Assembly: GCA_963805085.1 (NCBI GenBank)
Contig: CAWDTA010000005.1
Location: 736,001 to 800,000, forward strand
From: an uncultured Veillonellaceae bacterium
GTDB taxonomy: Bacteria > Bacillota > Negativicutes > JARBTT01
Direction of reading: 5' to 3'
Length of the DNA stretch: 64,000 nucleotides
Made by a program: the position numbers and the translations under genes. Numbering within the stretch: position 1 is the first letter of the stretch; each line of letters begins with the position of its first letter. Below, one piece after another: positions 30,426-41,029 of the stretch. Below the pieces are notes generated by a model. The model did no database searches. It was not told the DNA's origin and worked only from the letters and a program-made list of their open reading frames with translations.

Positions 30426-31790
30426 ATGCTCAGTTTTACCGTAGAAAATGTAAAAATAGCAACGGCTGGAATCGTAGTAAAAACAGTAGCGCATAATTTT
30501 ACCAAAGTTGTGACCGATACCCGTTTGATTGAAAAGGGAGCATTATTTATCGCACTGATTGGGGAGCGATTTGATGGCCATGTCTTTGTCCATCAGGCAA
30601 TTGAAAAAGGGGCTGCTGGTATTATTGTCAGCAGTGATTATACCGCCGAAGAACTGGTGCAGCTCAATGTTACAATTATAAAAGTCAATAACACGTTGAC
30701 GGCTTATCAACAAATGGCAAAGCTATATCGTGATTCGTTTGCTATTCCTGTGATTGCGATTACAGGTTCAAATGGGAAAACGACAACGAAAGATTTGACA
30801 GCGGCGGTACTTAGTAGTAAATTTAATGTGCTAAAGACAAAAGCAAATTATAATAATGAAATAGGTTTGCCGCTTACTTTGTTTAGTTTAACCGAAGCGC
30901 ATGAAGTTGCTGTCGTAGAAATGGGGATGCGTGGTTTCGGTCAAATCGAGGAATTGGCTAAGATTGCTACGCCTACGATTGGCATCGTAACAAATGTCGG
31001 TGAAACGCATATGGAGCTGTTAGGTTCGCTAGAAAATATCGCTAAGGCAAAAAGTGAACTCGTTGATGCTATGGATGCGCATGGGGTAGTGATTTTGAAT
31101 GTAGATAATTCCTATGTGCGTGCGATGCAAACGAAAGCGAAAGGAAAAGTAATTTTATTTGGTTTTTCTGAAGCTGCGGATGTAAAGGCTAGTAATGTCA
31201 AAATAAATGGTCAAGAAACGATGTTTGATTGCAGTTTTAGTGGTGCTACCTATTCTTTTGTAGTACCGATGGTTGGAAGGCATAATGTTTATAATGCACT
31301 TGCAGCGATTGCTGTTGGCTTTGAACTTGGTTTGACGGCAGAAGAAATGCAAACTGGTTTAGCAGATTTTACGGCTAGCGGTATGCGACTAGCAATTGGT
31401 CATGTTGGTGATTACACTGTCATTAATGATGCCTATAATGCAAGCCCAATGTCAATGATGGCAGCGATTGAAGCGTTAAAAGAGGTTGCGAGTAATCGCT
31501 GCATTGCTGTGCTTGGGGATATGCTGGAATTAGGTGATATTGCAGTAGAAGCGCATGCTAATATTGGGGTGAAGTTAGCCGAGAAAAAGATTGATGCAGT
31601 GGTTACAATTGGTGAAATGGCAAAATATATTGCAAGCAGTGCTCTTGAAAATGGTGTCTTGCAGGTGTTTGCCTGTGATAACCATAGTCAGGCAGGTCTA
31701 GCCTTAAAAAATATATTACAAGCTGGTGATTCGATCTTAGTAAAAGGTTCACGTGGTATGCAAATGGAAAAGGTTATTGAGTTGATTTAA
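30426..31790 (+). CDS. murF: UDP-N-acetylmuramoyl-tripeptide--D-Ala-D-Ala ligase
   Basis: GSNGKTTTK, NNEIGLPLT, DAYNASP, LVKGSRG. Confidence 0.97.
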   Translation: MLSFTVENVKIATAGIVVKTVAHNFTKVVTDTRLIEKGALFIALIGERFDGHVFVHQAIEKGAAGIIVSSDYTAEELVQLNVTIIKVNNTLTAYQQMAKLYRDSFAIPVIAITGSNGKTTTKDLTAAVLSSKFNVLKTKANYNNEIGLPLTLFSLTEAHEVAVVEMGMRGFGQIEELAKIATPTIGIVTNVGETHMELLGSLENIAKAKSELVDAMDAHGVVILNVDNSYVRAMQTKAKGKVILFGFSEAADVKASNVKINGQETMFDCSFSGATYSFVVPMVGRHNVYNALAAIAVGFELGLTAEEMQTGLADFTASGMRLAIGHVGDYTVINDAYNASPMSMMAAIEALKEVASNRCIAVLGDMLELGDIAVEAHANIGVKLAEKKIDAVVTIGEMAKYIASSALENGVLQVFACDNHSQAGLALKNILQAGDSILVKGSRGMQMEKVIELI

Positions 31791-31804
31791 GCAGGAGGAT
31801 AGCT

Positions 31805-32764
31805 ATGTCAGTATTATTTTATGCGGCAATTATGGCAGTCATTATCACGATGATTTGTGGACCGCTAATAATTCCATTGCTTCGTAAGTTAAAGTTTGGC
31901 CAAAGTATTCGCGAAGAAGGGCCGAAAAGTCATTATATAAAGTCGGGTACTCCGACAATGGGTGGACTTATCATTTTATTAGCGTTAGTAGTCCCTGTTA
32001 TCGTTTTTGCAGGGAATAGTATAGAAGTGTGGTTGGCTTTGTTTGTAACCCTAGGTCATGGTCTTATTGGTTTTTTAGATGATTTTATCAAAGTGGTACT
32101 CAAACGTTCCTTGGGGTTAAAGGCAAAACAAAAATTATTAGGGCAAATCATTATGGCAATCGCATTGGCGTATATTGCGATCAATTATATGGGACGCGGA
32201 ACTGATTTATGGGTGCCAATTATTGGGCATACTATAGATTTAGGAGCATTATACTATATACTCATATTTTTTGTACTCGTGGGCACGACAAATGCTGTAA
32301 ATTTAACTGATGGTCTTGACGGACTTGCAGCTGGAACTACAACGGTAGCAGCACTTGCTTATGCAGTTATTTGTATGTATTTTCTAAAGATAGAACTTGC
32401 TATTTTTTGTATGTCCGTTGCTGGGGCAACTTTAGGCTTTTTGCGTTTTAATGCGCATCCAGCAAAAGTATTTATGGGTGATACAGGTTCACTCGCACTA
32501 GGCGGTGCTTTAGCTGCTGTTGCGGTTATGACAAAAACAGAAGCGTTGCTTGTAATCGTTGGTGGTGTTTTTGTTATTGAAGCATTATCGGTTATTATTC
32601 AAGTTGCTTCTTTTAAAACTACAGGAAAACGTGTTTTTTTGATGAGCCCGATTCATCATCATTTTGAACTAGCGGGTTGGAATGAAACAAAGGTTGTTAC
32701 GGTATTTTGGTTGACCGGTGTAGTTTTTAGTGTAATTGCTTTAACAATATTAATGGCGAGTTAA
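31805..32764 (+). CDS. mraY: Phospho-N-acetylmuramoyl-pentapeptide transferase
   Basis: TPTMGG, NAVNLTDGLDGL, FMGDTGS, PIHHHFE. Confidence 0.98.
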   Translation: MSVLFYAAIMAVIITMICGPLIIPLLRKLKFGQSIREEGPKSHYIKSGTPTMGGLIILLALVVPVIVFAGNSIEVWLALFVTLGHGLIGFLDDFIKVVLKRSLGLKAKQKLLGQIIMAIALAYIAINYMGRGTDLWVPIIGHTIDLGALYYILIFFVLVGTTNAVNLTDGLDGLAAGTTTVAALAYAVICMYFLKIELAIFCMSVAGATLGFLRFNAHPAKVFMGDTGSLALGGALAAVAVMTKTEALLVIVGGVFVIEALSVIIQVASFKTTGKRVFLMSPIHHHFELAGWNETKVVTVFWLTGVVFSVIALTILMAS

Positions 32765-32780
32765 GCAGGAGGAATAAAAA

Positions 32781-34139
32781 ATGAATTTTGTAAACAAAAA
32801 AGTGGTTGTATTAGGTGTTGGCATTAGTGGTAATGCAGTAGCAAAGTTAGCAAAAGAGTTAGGCGCTGTTGTTACGTTGAGTGATTCAAATGCCGAAATA
32901 GCAAAAAAATATGATTTAGATGAACTCAGAGATTGTGGAGTAACGGTAGAACTTGGGCCACAAAGCGATAGCTTAATTTCAGAAATTGATTATCTGATTT
33001 TATCACCAGGTGTACCAATGGCAGTTCCATTAGTACAAAAGGCAATTGCAAATGGTGTTGAAGTAATGAGTGAGGTTGAAGTTGCCTATCGTCTATGCAA
33101 GGTTCCACTGTATGCTGTTACTGGGACAAATGGCAAGACAACAACGACAACATTACTTGGTGAATTGATGAGAAAACTTGGTACAGAAGTTGGCGTTGGT
33201 GGTAATATTGGTGTTGCATTGTCGAGTGAAGTACATAGAGTTGGCGAAAAAGGTTGCGTGGTTGCCGAAATATCTAGCTATCAATTAGAAGCTTCTAGTC
33301 AATTTAATCCACATATTGTAGCAATTTTAAATGTTACACCTGACCATATCGCCCGTCATGGTTCCATTGATAACTATCAAAAGGTCAAAGAACAAATTTT
33401 TTCCCATCATACCGAAAACGATTATTTAGTCTTAAATTATGATGATGCAAGAGTAAAGAGCATGGCAGAGCGCGCCAATAGTACAGTAATGTTTTTTAGT
33501 CGATTACATGAATTAGAAGAAGGTGCCTTTGTCAAAGATCATTGGTTAACGATTAACTGGCAAGGTAAAAGTTATAAAATCTGCACTGTCGATGATGTGA
33601 AGATCAAAGGTGGTCATAACATAGAAAATGCTTTAGCGGCAGTTGGTGTAGCTTTCTTAGCTGGTGTTGGCGCTGAAGCAATGCCCCAGGTGTTAAAAGA
33701 GTTCCCTGGAGTAGAACATAGAATCGAGCCAGTGACTACAATTGATGGTGTTGGATACTTTAATGATTCTAAAGCAACCAATCCAGAATCAACGATCAAA
33801 GCATTAGAAGCATTTACCGGGCATATTATTTTAATTGCTGGTGGTCATGATAAAAATACCGATTTAACGGAATTTATGCAGTTAATTAAAGAAAAAGTGG
33901 ATGAACTTATTTTAATTGGTAATGCAGCCGCTCGCTTTAAAGAAGCAGCAATTGCAAATGGTATTACTAACATTCATGAAACTGGGTACTCTATGGAAGA
34001 AGCAGTTAAGCTCGCACATAAAATAGCAAAAGAATCACAAGTCGTATTATTATCACCAGCTTGCGCTAGTTTCGATATGTTTGATGGCTTCGAAGAACGT
34101 GGAAGAGTGTTTAAAGAGCTTGTATACAAATTGAAATAG
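32781..34139 (+). CDS. murD: UDP-N-acetylmuramoyl-L-alanine--D-glutamate ligase
   Basis: GTNGKTTTT, EISSYQLE, NDSKATN, LLSPACASFD. Confidence 0.97.
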   Translation: MNFVNKKVVVLGVGISGNAVAKLAKELGAVVTLSDSNAEIAKKYDLDELRDCGVTVELGPQSDSLISEIDYLILSPGVPMAVPLVQKAIANGVEVMSEVEVAYRLCKVPLYAVTGTNGKTTTTTLLGELMRKLGTEVGVGGNIGVALSSEVHRVGEKGCVVAEISSYQLEASSQFNPHIVAILNVTPDHIARHGSIDNYQKVKEQIFSHHTENDYLVLNYDDARVKSMAERANSTVMFFSRLHELEEGAFVKDHWLTINWQGKSYKICTVDDVKIKGGHNIENALAAVGVAFLAGVGAEAMPQVLKEFPGVEHRIEPVTTIDGVGYFNDSKATNPESTIKALEAFTGHIILIAGGHDKNTDLTEFMQLIKEKVDELILIGNAAARFKEAAIANGITNIHETGYSMEEAVKLAHKIAKESQVVLLSPACASFDMFDGFEERGRVFKELVYKLK

Positions 34140-34151
34140 GGGGTAATTCGC

Positions 34152-35252
34152 TTGGCTAGTAGACCTAGTTCGCCCGATTATATTATCTTTTATTCGGTAT
34201 TGGCTTTATTAGGCTTAGGAATTGTCATGGTATATAGTGCAAGTGCGGTATCAGCAAATGTAAACTTTAATGACAGCTATTACTTTTTAAAAAGACAAAT
34301 TATTTGGGCAGTACTTGGATTACTAGCAATGATTTTTACCATGAATATTGATTATCATCTGTGGAGAAAATTAGCAAAGCCCATTATCTTGATTACGATT
34401 GTATTATTGATCTTAGTTTTAATTCCGGGAATGGGAAAGGTAGTAAATGGTGCACGGCGATGGCTGGGAAGCGGTTCACTTTATATTCAGCCATCGGAAG
34501 TTGCAAAATTAAGCATGGTACTCTTTACTGCATACTATTTAGCAAACTATCAAAATAAAATTCAAAGTTTTGTAAAAGGTGTCGTTCCTCTGCTTGGAAT
34601 GTTAGCGGTGATTTTTGGACTCATTTTAAAAGAACCTGACCTTGGTACTGCATTATCAATTGCTGGTACGGTCTTTGTATTATTGTTCGTTGCTGGAGCG
34701 AGAATTTGGCATTTAGGGTCTTTGACAGCAGTTGGTGTTGTTGGTATTATCGTAGCAATACTTGCAGAACCCTATCGTTTAAAGCGGTTGATTGCTTTTA
34801 ATGATCCATGGGCAGACCCTTTAGATACTGGGTATCATATTATTCAGTCTCTTTACGCCATTGGTTCAGGTGGCCTTTTTGGCGTTGGACTTGGACGTAG
34901 TCGAGAAAAATTTTTATATTTGCCAGAGCCGCATACTGATTTCATTTTTTCTATTTTAGGAGAAGAACTCGGCTTAATTGGAACAACAACGATTTTGGTG
35001 TTGTTTTTCTTATTTGCCTGGCGGGGGTTTAAAATATCGATGTCAGCGCCTGATGTTTATGGGAGTGTATTAGCGTCAGGGATAACGACGATGATCTTGG
35101 TGCAAGCGTTGATGAATATTGCAGTGGTAACAGCCTCAATGCCCGTCACAGGGATTCCATTGCCGTTTTTAAGTTTTGGTGGCTCGGCATTGATTTTTAC
35201 AATGGCAGGTGTCGGTATTTTACTTAATATATCAAAAAATGTAAATTCGTAA
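34152..35252 (+). CDS. ftsW: SEDS peptidoglycan glycosyltransferase FtsW/SpoVE
   Basis: GARRW, QPSE, EPDLGT, LPEPHTDFIF, GIPLPFLSFGGS. Confidence 0.93.
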   Translation: MASRPSSPDYIIFYSVLALLGLGIVMVYSASAVSANVNFNDSYYFLKRQIIWAVLGLLAMIFTMNIDYHLWRKLAKPIILITIVLLILVLIPGMGKVVNGARRWLGSGSLYIQPSEVAKLSMVLFTAYYLANYQNKIQSFVKGVVPLLGMLAVIFGLILKEPDLGTALSIAGTVFVLLFVAGARIWHLGSLTAVGVVGIIVAILAEPYRLKRLIAFNDPWADPLDTGYHIIQSLYAIGSGGLFGVGLGRSREKFLYLPEPHTDFIFSILGEELGLIGTTTILVLFFLFAWRGFKISMSAPDVYGSVLASGITTMILVQALMNIAVVTASMPVTGIPLPFLSFGGSALIFTMAGVGILLNISKNVNS

Positions 35253-35293
35253 GAAGTACGTAATATTTAAGTTTAAGGAGCGTTAGATAGTTA

Positions 35294-36406
35294 ATGAGAG
35301 TAATTGTATCGGGCGGGGGCACAGGTGGACACATCTACCCCGCTATTACTTTGATAAAAACAATCCAAGCAATGACCACAAATTGCGAAGTTTTATATGT
35401 AGGAACTAAGCGCGGCTTAGAAGCGGATATCATTCCTAAAGAGGGGGTGGCTTTTAAAACAGTAGATATTCGTGGCTTTGAACGTAAGGTAAGTCTAGAA
35501 AATCTAAAGACCCTATTCAAATCTGCACAAAGTATTTGGGAATCTTGTAAGATTATTAAGGATTTTAAACCAGATGTGGTGATTGGTACAGGTGGCTACG
35601 TTTGTGGCCCCGTTTTACTAGCTGCTAGTTTAATGAGAATTCCAACGATAATCCAAGAACAAAATGTAATCCCAGGCATTACAAATAAAATCTTAGCAAA
35701 GTTTGTCGATAAAATCGCTGTTGGTTATCAAGAGGCTGGAAAATATTTTTCTGTGGATAAAGTTGTTTTTACTGGTAATCCGATCAGAGAAGAAGTAATG
35801 ACTGCCAAAAAAGAAAGCGGTATTGCTGAATTTGGTCTTGATCCGGGTAAAAAAACGATTTTAATATCAGGTGGTAGTCGCGGGGCAAGAAGTATCAATC
35901 AGGCCATGGTTGGAGTACATAGGCATTTTGTTAAAAATAGTAGTATACAACTATTGCATGTTACTGGTAAAAATGAGTATAATGACATAGTTACAAAGCT
36001 AAAAAATGAAAGTATAGATGTAGAAGCTATTGGAAATATTATGATTAAACCATATTTATATGATATGCCAAAAGCACTAGCAATCGCTGATTTAGCAATA
36101 TTCAGAGCTGGAGCAGTCGGTCTTGCTGAACTAACAGCCAGAGGGATTCCATCTATTTTAGTTCCATACCCATATGCTGCAGAAAACCATCAGGAACATA
36201 ATGCGATGGTAATGGAGCAAAAAGGGGCGGCGCTTGTCATTCGTGATCGTGAGTTATCAGCGCAGCGATTGATTGAAATGATTGATGGATTACTAGGGTC
36301 TGATACGAAATTAGATACTATGGCAAAAGCAAGTTTAACGTTAGGAAAACCGAAAGCCGCGACAGAAATTGCGGAGCTTGCAATAGAGATTGCAAAAAAC
36401 TGTTAA
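35294..36406 (+). CDS. murG: Lipid II GlcNAc transferase MurG
   Basis: GGGTGGHIYP, GGSRGA, RAGA, NHQEHNA. Confidence 0.97.
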   Translation: MRVIVSGGGTGGHIYPAITLIKTIQAMTTNCEVLYVGTKRGLEADIIPKEGVAFKTVDIRGFERKVSLENLKTLFKSAQSIWESCKIIKDFKPDVVIGTGGYVCGPVLLAASLMRIPTIIQEQNVIPGITNKILAKFVDKIAVGYQEAGKYFSVDKVVFTGNPIREEVMTAKKESGIAEFGLDPGKKTILISGGSRGARSINQAMVGVHRHFVKNSSIQLLHVTGKNEYNDIVTKLKNESIDVEAIGNIMIKPYLYDMPKALAIADLAIFRAGAVGLAELTARGIPSILVPYPYAAENHQEHNAMVMEQKGAALVIRDRELSAQRLIEMIDGLLGSDTKLDTMAKASLTLGKPKAATEIAELAIEIAKNC

Positions 36407-36491
36407 TGTTGTAACAGGTTGCATATTTTATGCATAAAATACAATACATATTGAGGTAGGTTTGTTGATGCGCGAAAGGGGAGAAACGTCG

Positions 36492-37868
36492 TTGCTAAAT
36501 GGTATTAATAAAATTCATTTTGTCGGCATAGGTGGAGCTGGCATGAGCGCAATTGCGAAAATTTTAGTGGAAAAAGGTTTTCAAGTTTCAGGCTCAGACT
36601 TACATGATTCTGAGATTGTATCAAAACTAAAAGCCTTAGGAGCTACCATCTTTTATGGACAAAAAAAGGAAAATATTACGGGTGTAGATGCAATTGTTGT
36701 TTCTACGGCAATTTCAGAAGAAAATCCTGAAGTGATTGCAGCAAAAGAAAATAATATAAAAATATTTCATCGTTCTGATATTGTGGCTACTTTGATGAAT
36801 AAAGAAAAAGGAATTGCCGTTGCTGGTGCGCACGGTAAAACTACGACGACTTCGATGATTGGGGTTATGCTTGATCATGCAGGGGTAGAACCTAGCATTA
36901 TCATTGGTGGTGAAGTGGATTACTTAGGCAGTAATGCCAAACTTGGGAATGGTGAATATCTAGTTGCCGAAGCCGATGAAAGTGATGGCTCCTTTTTGAA
37001 GCTATTACCTGAGTTTGCTATTGTAACAAATATTGAAAATGATCACATGGATTTTTATGGTACAATGGAGAATATTTTAAAAACGTTCGAAAAATTTTTA
37101 AATAACTTACCTAAAGAAGATGGTTTAGCAATACTTTGTTTTAATAACTCATATATTAAAAATATTGCAAAAACGCTAGATCGTAAGTATGTTTCGTATG
37201 CAATTGATGGTGAAGCCGACTATGTTGCTAAAAACATTACGACGAATGGTGCAGAAACCTCGTTTGAAGTATATCATCGTGGACAAAATTTAGGGATGAT
37301 TTCCTTGAATATTCCTGGTAAGCATAATGTATTAAATGCAATGGCAGCGATTGTTCTTGGTCATAAAATAGGGCTTTCTTTTACAGCTATGGCGGCAGCA
37401 CTTCGTCAATTTAATGGTGCAAAGCGCCGCTTTCAGACGAAGGGTCGAATAGCAGATGTGTGGGTAGTTGATGACTATGCGCATCATCCAACAGAACTTA
37501 GTACGACACTTGCGGCAGCAAGGCAGACGAAACCAAAGCGTTTAATTTGTGTATTTCAACCACATCGTTATTCGAGGACAAAATTATTACTCAAAGAATT
37601 TGGTGTTTGTTTCGATGAAGCAGATGTCCTTATTCTAACCGATATTTATTCTGCCGGTGAATCGCCAATCGAAGGTGTTTCTGGAGAGACGATAAAGGTA
37701 GAAGTAGAAAATCATATGCATAAAGAAATTGTTTATATTGCAGATCGAAAGGATATCGCGCCATATCTTAGTGAGGTTGTCCAAGCAGGCGACCTTGTTA
37801 TGACGATGGGGGCTGGTGATATTTATTTGACGGGTGAAGAACTCGTTGCTTTATTAAACAAAAAATAA
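36492..37868 (+). CDS. murC: UDP-N-acetylmuramate--L-alanine ligase
   Basis: GIGGAGMS, GAHGKTTT, EADESD, DDYAHHPTE, FQPHRYSRT. Confidence 0.97.
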   Translation: MLNGINKIHFVGIGGAGMSAIAKILVEKGFQVSGSDLHDSEIVSKLKALGATIFYGQKKENITGVDAIVVSTAISEENPEVIAAKENNIKIFHRSDIVATLMNKEKGIAVAGAHGKTTTTSMIGVMLDHAGVEPSIIIGGEVDYLGSNAKLGNGEYLVAEADESDGSFLKLLPEFAIVTNIENDHMDFYGTMENILKTFEKFLNNLPKEDGLAILCFNNSYIKNIAKTLDRKYVSYAIDGEADYVAKNITTNGAETSFEVYHRGQNLGMISLNIPGKHNVLNAMAAIVLGHKIGLSFTAMAAALRQFNGAKRRFQTKGRIADVWVVDDYAHHPTELSTTLAAARQTKPKRLICVFQPHRYSRTKLLLKEFGVCFDEADVLILTDIYSAGESPIEGVSGETIKVEVENHMHKEIVYIADRKDIAPYLSEVVQAGDLVMTMGAGDIYLTGEELVALLNKK

Positions 37869-37910
37869 GTGTGAGTATTGGGTGATTGTACTTTTCTAGG
37901 AGGTTAGGCG

Positions 37911-39161
37911 ATGGATAAGTTTATCGTCACAGGGGAAGTGCAACTAAAAGGTAATGTCAGGATTAGCGGGGCAAAAAATGCTGCTTTACCAATTATGGCG
38001 GCTGCAACATTGTGCTCAGGAACCAGTGTTATTCACGATGTACCTGATTTGAGTGACATTAGAAATATGATCGCGATTTTAGAGCATCTAGGTGCGAAGG
38101 TTTCACGTGAAGGAAAAGATCTGATCATTGACAGTAGTGAATTAAACAAAGTTTTCATTCCAGAGTTTTTAATGAGGGAAATGCGAGCCTCTATTTTTTT
38201 AATGGGAGCCCTCGTCGGTAGGTTTAAAGAAGTGCGTCTTTCTTATCCTGGCGGTTGTACCATTGGGCCAAGACCAATCGATCTACATATTAAAGCATTA
38301 GAAAAATTAGGGGCAAATGTAAAAGAGAAGCATGGAGTGATCATAGCAGAAGCCAAAAAATTATCTGGAGCTGAAATCGTCTTAGATTTTCCAAGTGTTG
38401 GTGCAACTGAGAATGCCATGATGTCCGCGGTTCTCGCAAACGGTATAACGACAATTCGTAATGTAGCCCGTGAACCTGAAATTATAGATTTAGAAACGTT
38501 TTTAAATAAAATGGGAGCAAAAATTTACGGTGCTGGAACAGATACCATTTTCATTAATGGTGTACAAAATTTGCATGCTACGGAGCATACCGTTATGCCA
38601 GATAGAATCGAAGCAGGGACTTTTATCCTGGCTGGGGCAATGTCGCATGGTGACGTTACCATTACTAATATTTCGTCAAATTATTTATTTTCATTGCTTG
38701 ATAAATTGTCTGGTATTGGGGCTGTCCTTACATTTGGTAATGATTTTATTCGTGTAAAAGCAAACCAATTGCATAATACGGACATTAAAACACTTCCATT
38801 TCCAGGTTTTCCTACAGATTTACAAGCACCCATGCTTTCGCTATTAACGATGGCGAAGGGAACAAGTATTGTGACGGAAACGATTTTTGAAAATCGTTTT
38901 CAACACGTAGACCAATTGATTAGAATGGGCGCAAAAATTCGGGTGGAAGGTCGTAGTGCAATTGTGCGTGGTGTTAATAAATTAACAGGAACAATTGTGG
39001 AGGCCCTTGATTTAAGAGCAGGGGCATCGCTGGTATTAGCGGCTTTAGCAGCCGAAGGAACCTCTATTATTAAGCAGGTCAATCATATTGATCGTGGATA
39101 TGAAATGATAGAACAAAAATTGCAAAGCTTAGGTGCATATATTATTCGTGATATGGAATAG
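37911..39161 (+). CDS. murA: UDP-N-acetylglucosamine 1-carboxyvinyltransferase
   Basis: GAKNAALP, PGGCTIGPRPIDLH (catalytic Cys), DRIEAGT, DLRAGA. Confidence 0.96.
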   Translation: MDKFIVTGEVQLKGNVRISGAKNAALPIMAAATLCSGTSVIHDVPDLSDIRNMIAILEHLGAKVSREGKDLIIDSSELNKVFIPEFLMREMRASIFLMGALVGRFKEVRLSYPGGCTIGPRPIDLHIKALEKLGANVKEKHGVIIAEAKKLSGAEIVLDFPSVGATENAMMSAVLANGITTIRNVAREPEIIDLETFLNKMGAKIYGAGTDTIFINGVQNLHATEHTVMPDRIEAGTFILAGAMSHGDVTITNISSNYLFSLLDKLSGIGAVLTFGNDFIRVKANQLHNTDIKTLPFPGFPTDLQAPMLSLLTMAKGTSIVTETIFENRFQHVDQLIRMGAKIRVEGRSAIVRGVNKLTGTIVEALDLRAGASLVLAALAAEGTSIIKQVNHIDRGYEMIEQKLQSLGAYIIRDME

Positions 39162-39175
39162 GGGAGGAAATATTG

Positions 39176-40105
39176 ATGAAGGATAAAAAAATTGTAGTAC
39201 TAATGGGAGGGCCTTCAGCAGAACGTGAAGTTTCCTTAAATACAGGAAATGCAATCCTTGGAGCATTAGTAGAAAAAGGATATAATGCGGTTGGGATTGA
39301 GCTTGATCCGCCTAAACTATTTGAACAGTTAAAAGCCAGTGGTTGTGATGTGATATTTAACGCAATTCATGGTCAATTCGGTGAAGATGGGAAATTGCAA
39401 GGAGCCTTAGAATTACTGGGCATTCCGTATACTGGGTCTGGTGTGCTTGCCAGTGCAATGGCGATGGATAAAGCGGCATCGAAACACTTATTTGTTGCTA
39501 ATGCTATTTCGACACCAAAATCTAGAGTTTATACAAAAGTGGATTTGAAACGTGATTTAGTAAAAGAAATTATGGTTGAGTTCACGATTCCAGTAGTCGT
39601 AAAATCAGCGGCACAAGGGTCAAGCATCGGTGTTACGATTGTAGAAAAGCAGGAAGATCTACCAGAGGCGATAAAAAATGCATTTGAATATAGTCCAAAT
39701 ATATTAGTAGAAGAGTTTATTAAGGGGCGGGAATTAACTGTTGCGGTTTGGGGCAATGAATGCAAAAAGGCACTACCGATCATCGAGATTATTCCCCATT
39801 CTGGTAAATATGATTACAAATCAAAATATACAAAAGGCGCAACAGAGTATATAGTCCCAGCTGAATTAGACGAGGCTACTGCACAAAAGGTGCAAGCAGT
39901 TTCTTTGCGTGCGTTTGATGTGCTAGGTTGCACTGGGATTGCCCGTGTGGATATCATGCTAGGTGAAGATGGTGCTCCTTATGTTTTAGAAGTCAACTCT
40001 GTACCTGGGATGACAGCTACAAGTTTGGTGCCAAAAGCGGCAAAAGCAGCGGGAATTAGTTTTACTGATTTATGTGAAAAATTGTTGTTAATGGCAAAAG
40101 CGTAG
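39176..40105 (+). CDS. ddl: D-alanine--D-alanine ligase
   Basis: GGPSAEREVS, HGQFGEDG, GSSIG, YDYKSKY, EVNSVPGMT. Confidence 0.97.
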   Translation: MKDKKIVVLMGGPSAEREVSLNTGNAILGALVEKGYNAVGIELDPPKLFEQLKASGCDVIFNAIHGQFGEDGKLQGALELLGIPYTGSGVLASAMAMDKAASKHLFVANAISTPKSRVYTKVDLKRDLVKEIMVEFTIPVVVKSAAQGSSIGVTIVEKQEDLPEAIKNAFEYSPNILVEEFIKGRELTVAVWGNECKKALPIIEIIPHSGKYDYKSKYTKGATEYIVPAELDEATAQKVQAVSLRAFDVLGCTGIARVDIMLGEDGAPYVLEVNSVPGMTATSLVPKAAKAAGISFTDLCEKLLLMAKA

Positions 40106-40123
40106 TATGTTTTTGCTAGATTA

Positions 40124-40157
40124 TTAGACAGCATTTCGGTGCTGTCTAAATTTTTTT
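40124..40157 (+). terminator. Terminator after ddl
   Basis: TTAGACAGCA-TTTCGG-TGCTGTCTAA followed by a T run. Confidence 0.85.
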
Positions 40158-40247
40158 ATTAACACACAATTAACCATTTGATATTATGATCAGCTGGTGT
40201 ATAATAAATAATGTTTTTAATCTTTAAAGAGAAATCGAGGTGATAAA

Positions 40248-41009
40248 ATGAAAGTGGCTGATCAGACTGATTCAATAGATGGTAATTCAGCGAAAAAGTC
40301 GAAATCAAAGCAATTATTCTTAAGTTTATTATTTATATTTATATTATTAGTGACGAGTTTTTCTTTTATTACATCACCTGCTTTTTCAGTAGGTAATATA
40401 AAAATTGATGGCAATAAATATTTAACTGCGGAAGAAATTTACCAAATTGCGGGAGTGCCGGAAAAAATTAATATTTTTCGTTTAAATACAAAAGAAATTC
40501 AAACGCGTTTACTTAAGGATTTACGTATTTCAGAAGCAAATGTATTGCGTGACTTTCCCAGTACAATTAAAATTAACATAGTTGAGCGCAAACCGATTGC
40601 TTATGTTGCGTGCGATTATGGATTTGTTGAGGTAGATAAGACGGGATTGATTTTAGCTGCATACAAAAGTGTTAAAAATATTGATGTCCCGATGATCACA
40701 GGAGTTACATTACATAACTTGTATGTTGGTGATAAAGTTGAAAATATGATTATCGTAAATGTATTGGAATATCTTTCGTATTTAGATGAATCTTCTATTA
40801 ATCAGATGTCGGAAGTAAATGCGACAGTAGCAGATCAGCTGATTGCTTATACAAATAGTTCTGTACAGATCAAAATCGGGAATAATGAACGGTTGGCAGA
40901 TAAAGCAAAATTGACGCAAGAATTTTTAGGTGAATTGAAAAAGACCAAGTTACCAATTGAGTACATCGATTTAAACTTTGCGTCACCGTTTATTAAATTC
41001 AAAAAGTAG
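40248..41009 (+). CDS. ftsQ: Cell division protein FtsQ/DivIB
   Basis: TM, POTRA domain (FPSTIKINIVER) and C-terminal YIDL; dcw position. Confidence 0.9.
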   Translation: MKVADQTDSIDGNSAKKSKSKQLFLSLLFIFILLVTSFSFITSPAFSVGNIKIDGNKYLTAEEIYQIAGVPEKINIFRLNTKEIQTRLLKDLRISEANVLRDFPSTIKINIVERKPIAYVACDYGFVEVDKTGLILAAYKSVKNIDVPMITGVTLHNLYVGDKVENMIIVNVLEYLSYLDESSINQMSEVNATVADQLIAYTNSSVQIKIGNNERLADKAKLTQEFLGELKKTKLPIEYIDLNFASPFIKFKK

Positions 41010-41029
41010 GTTTTAAGGAGGCTCTTAAC

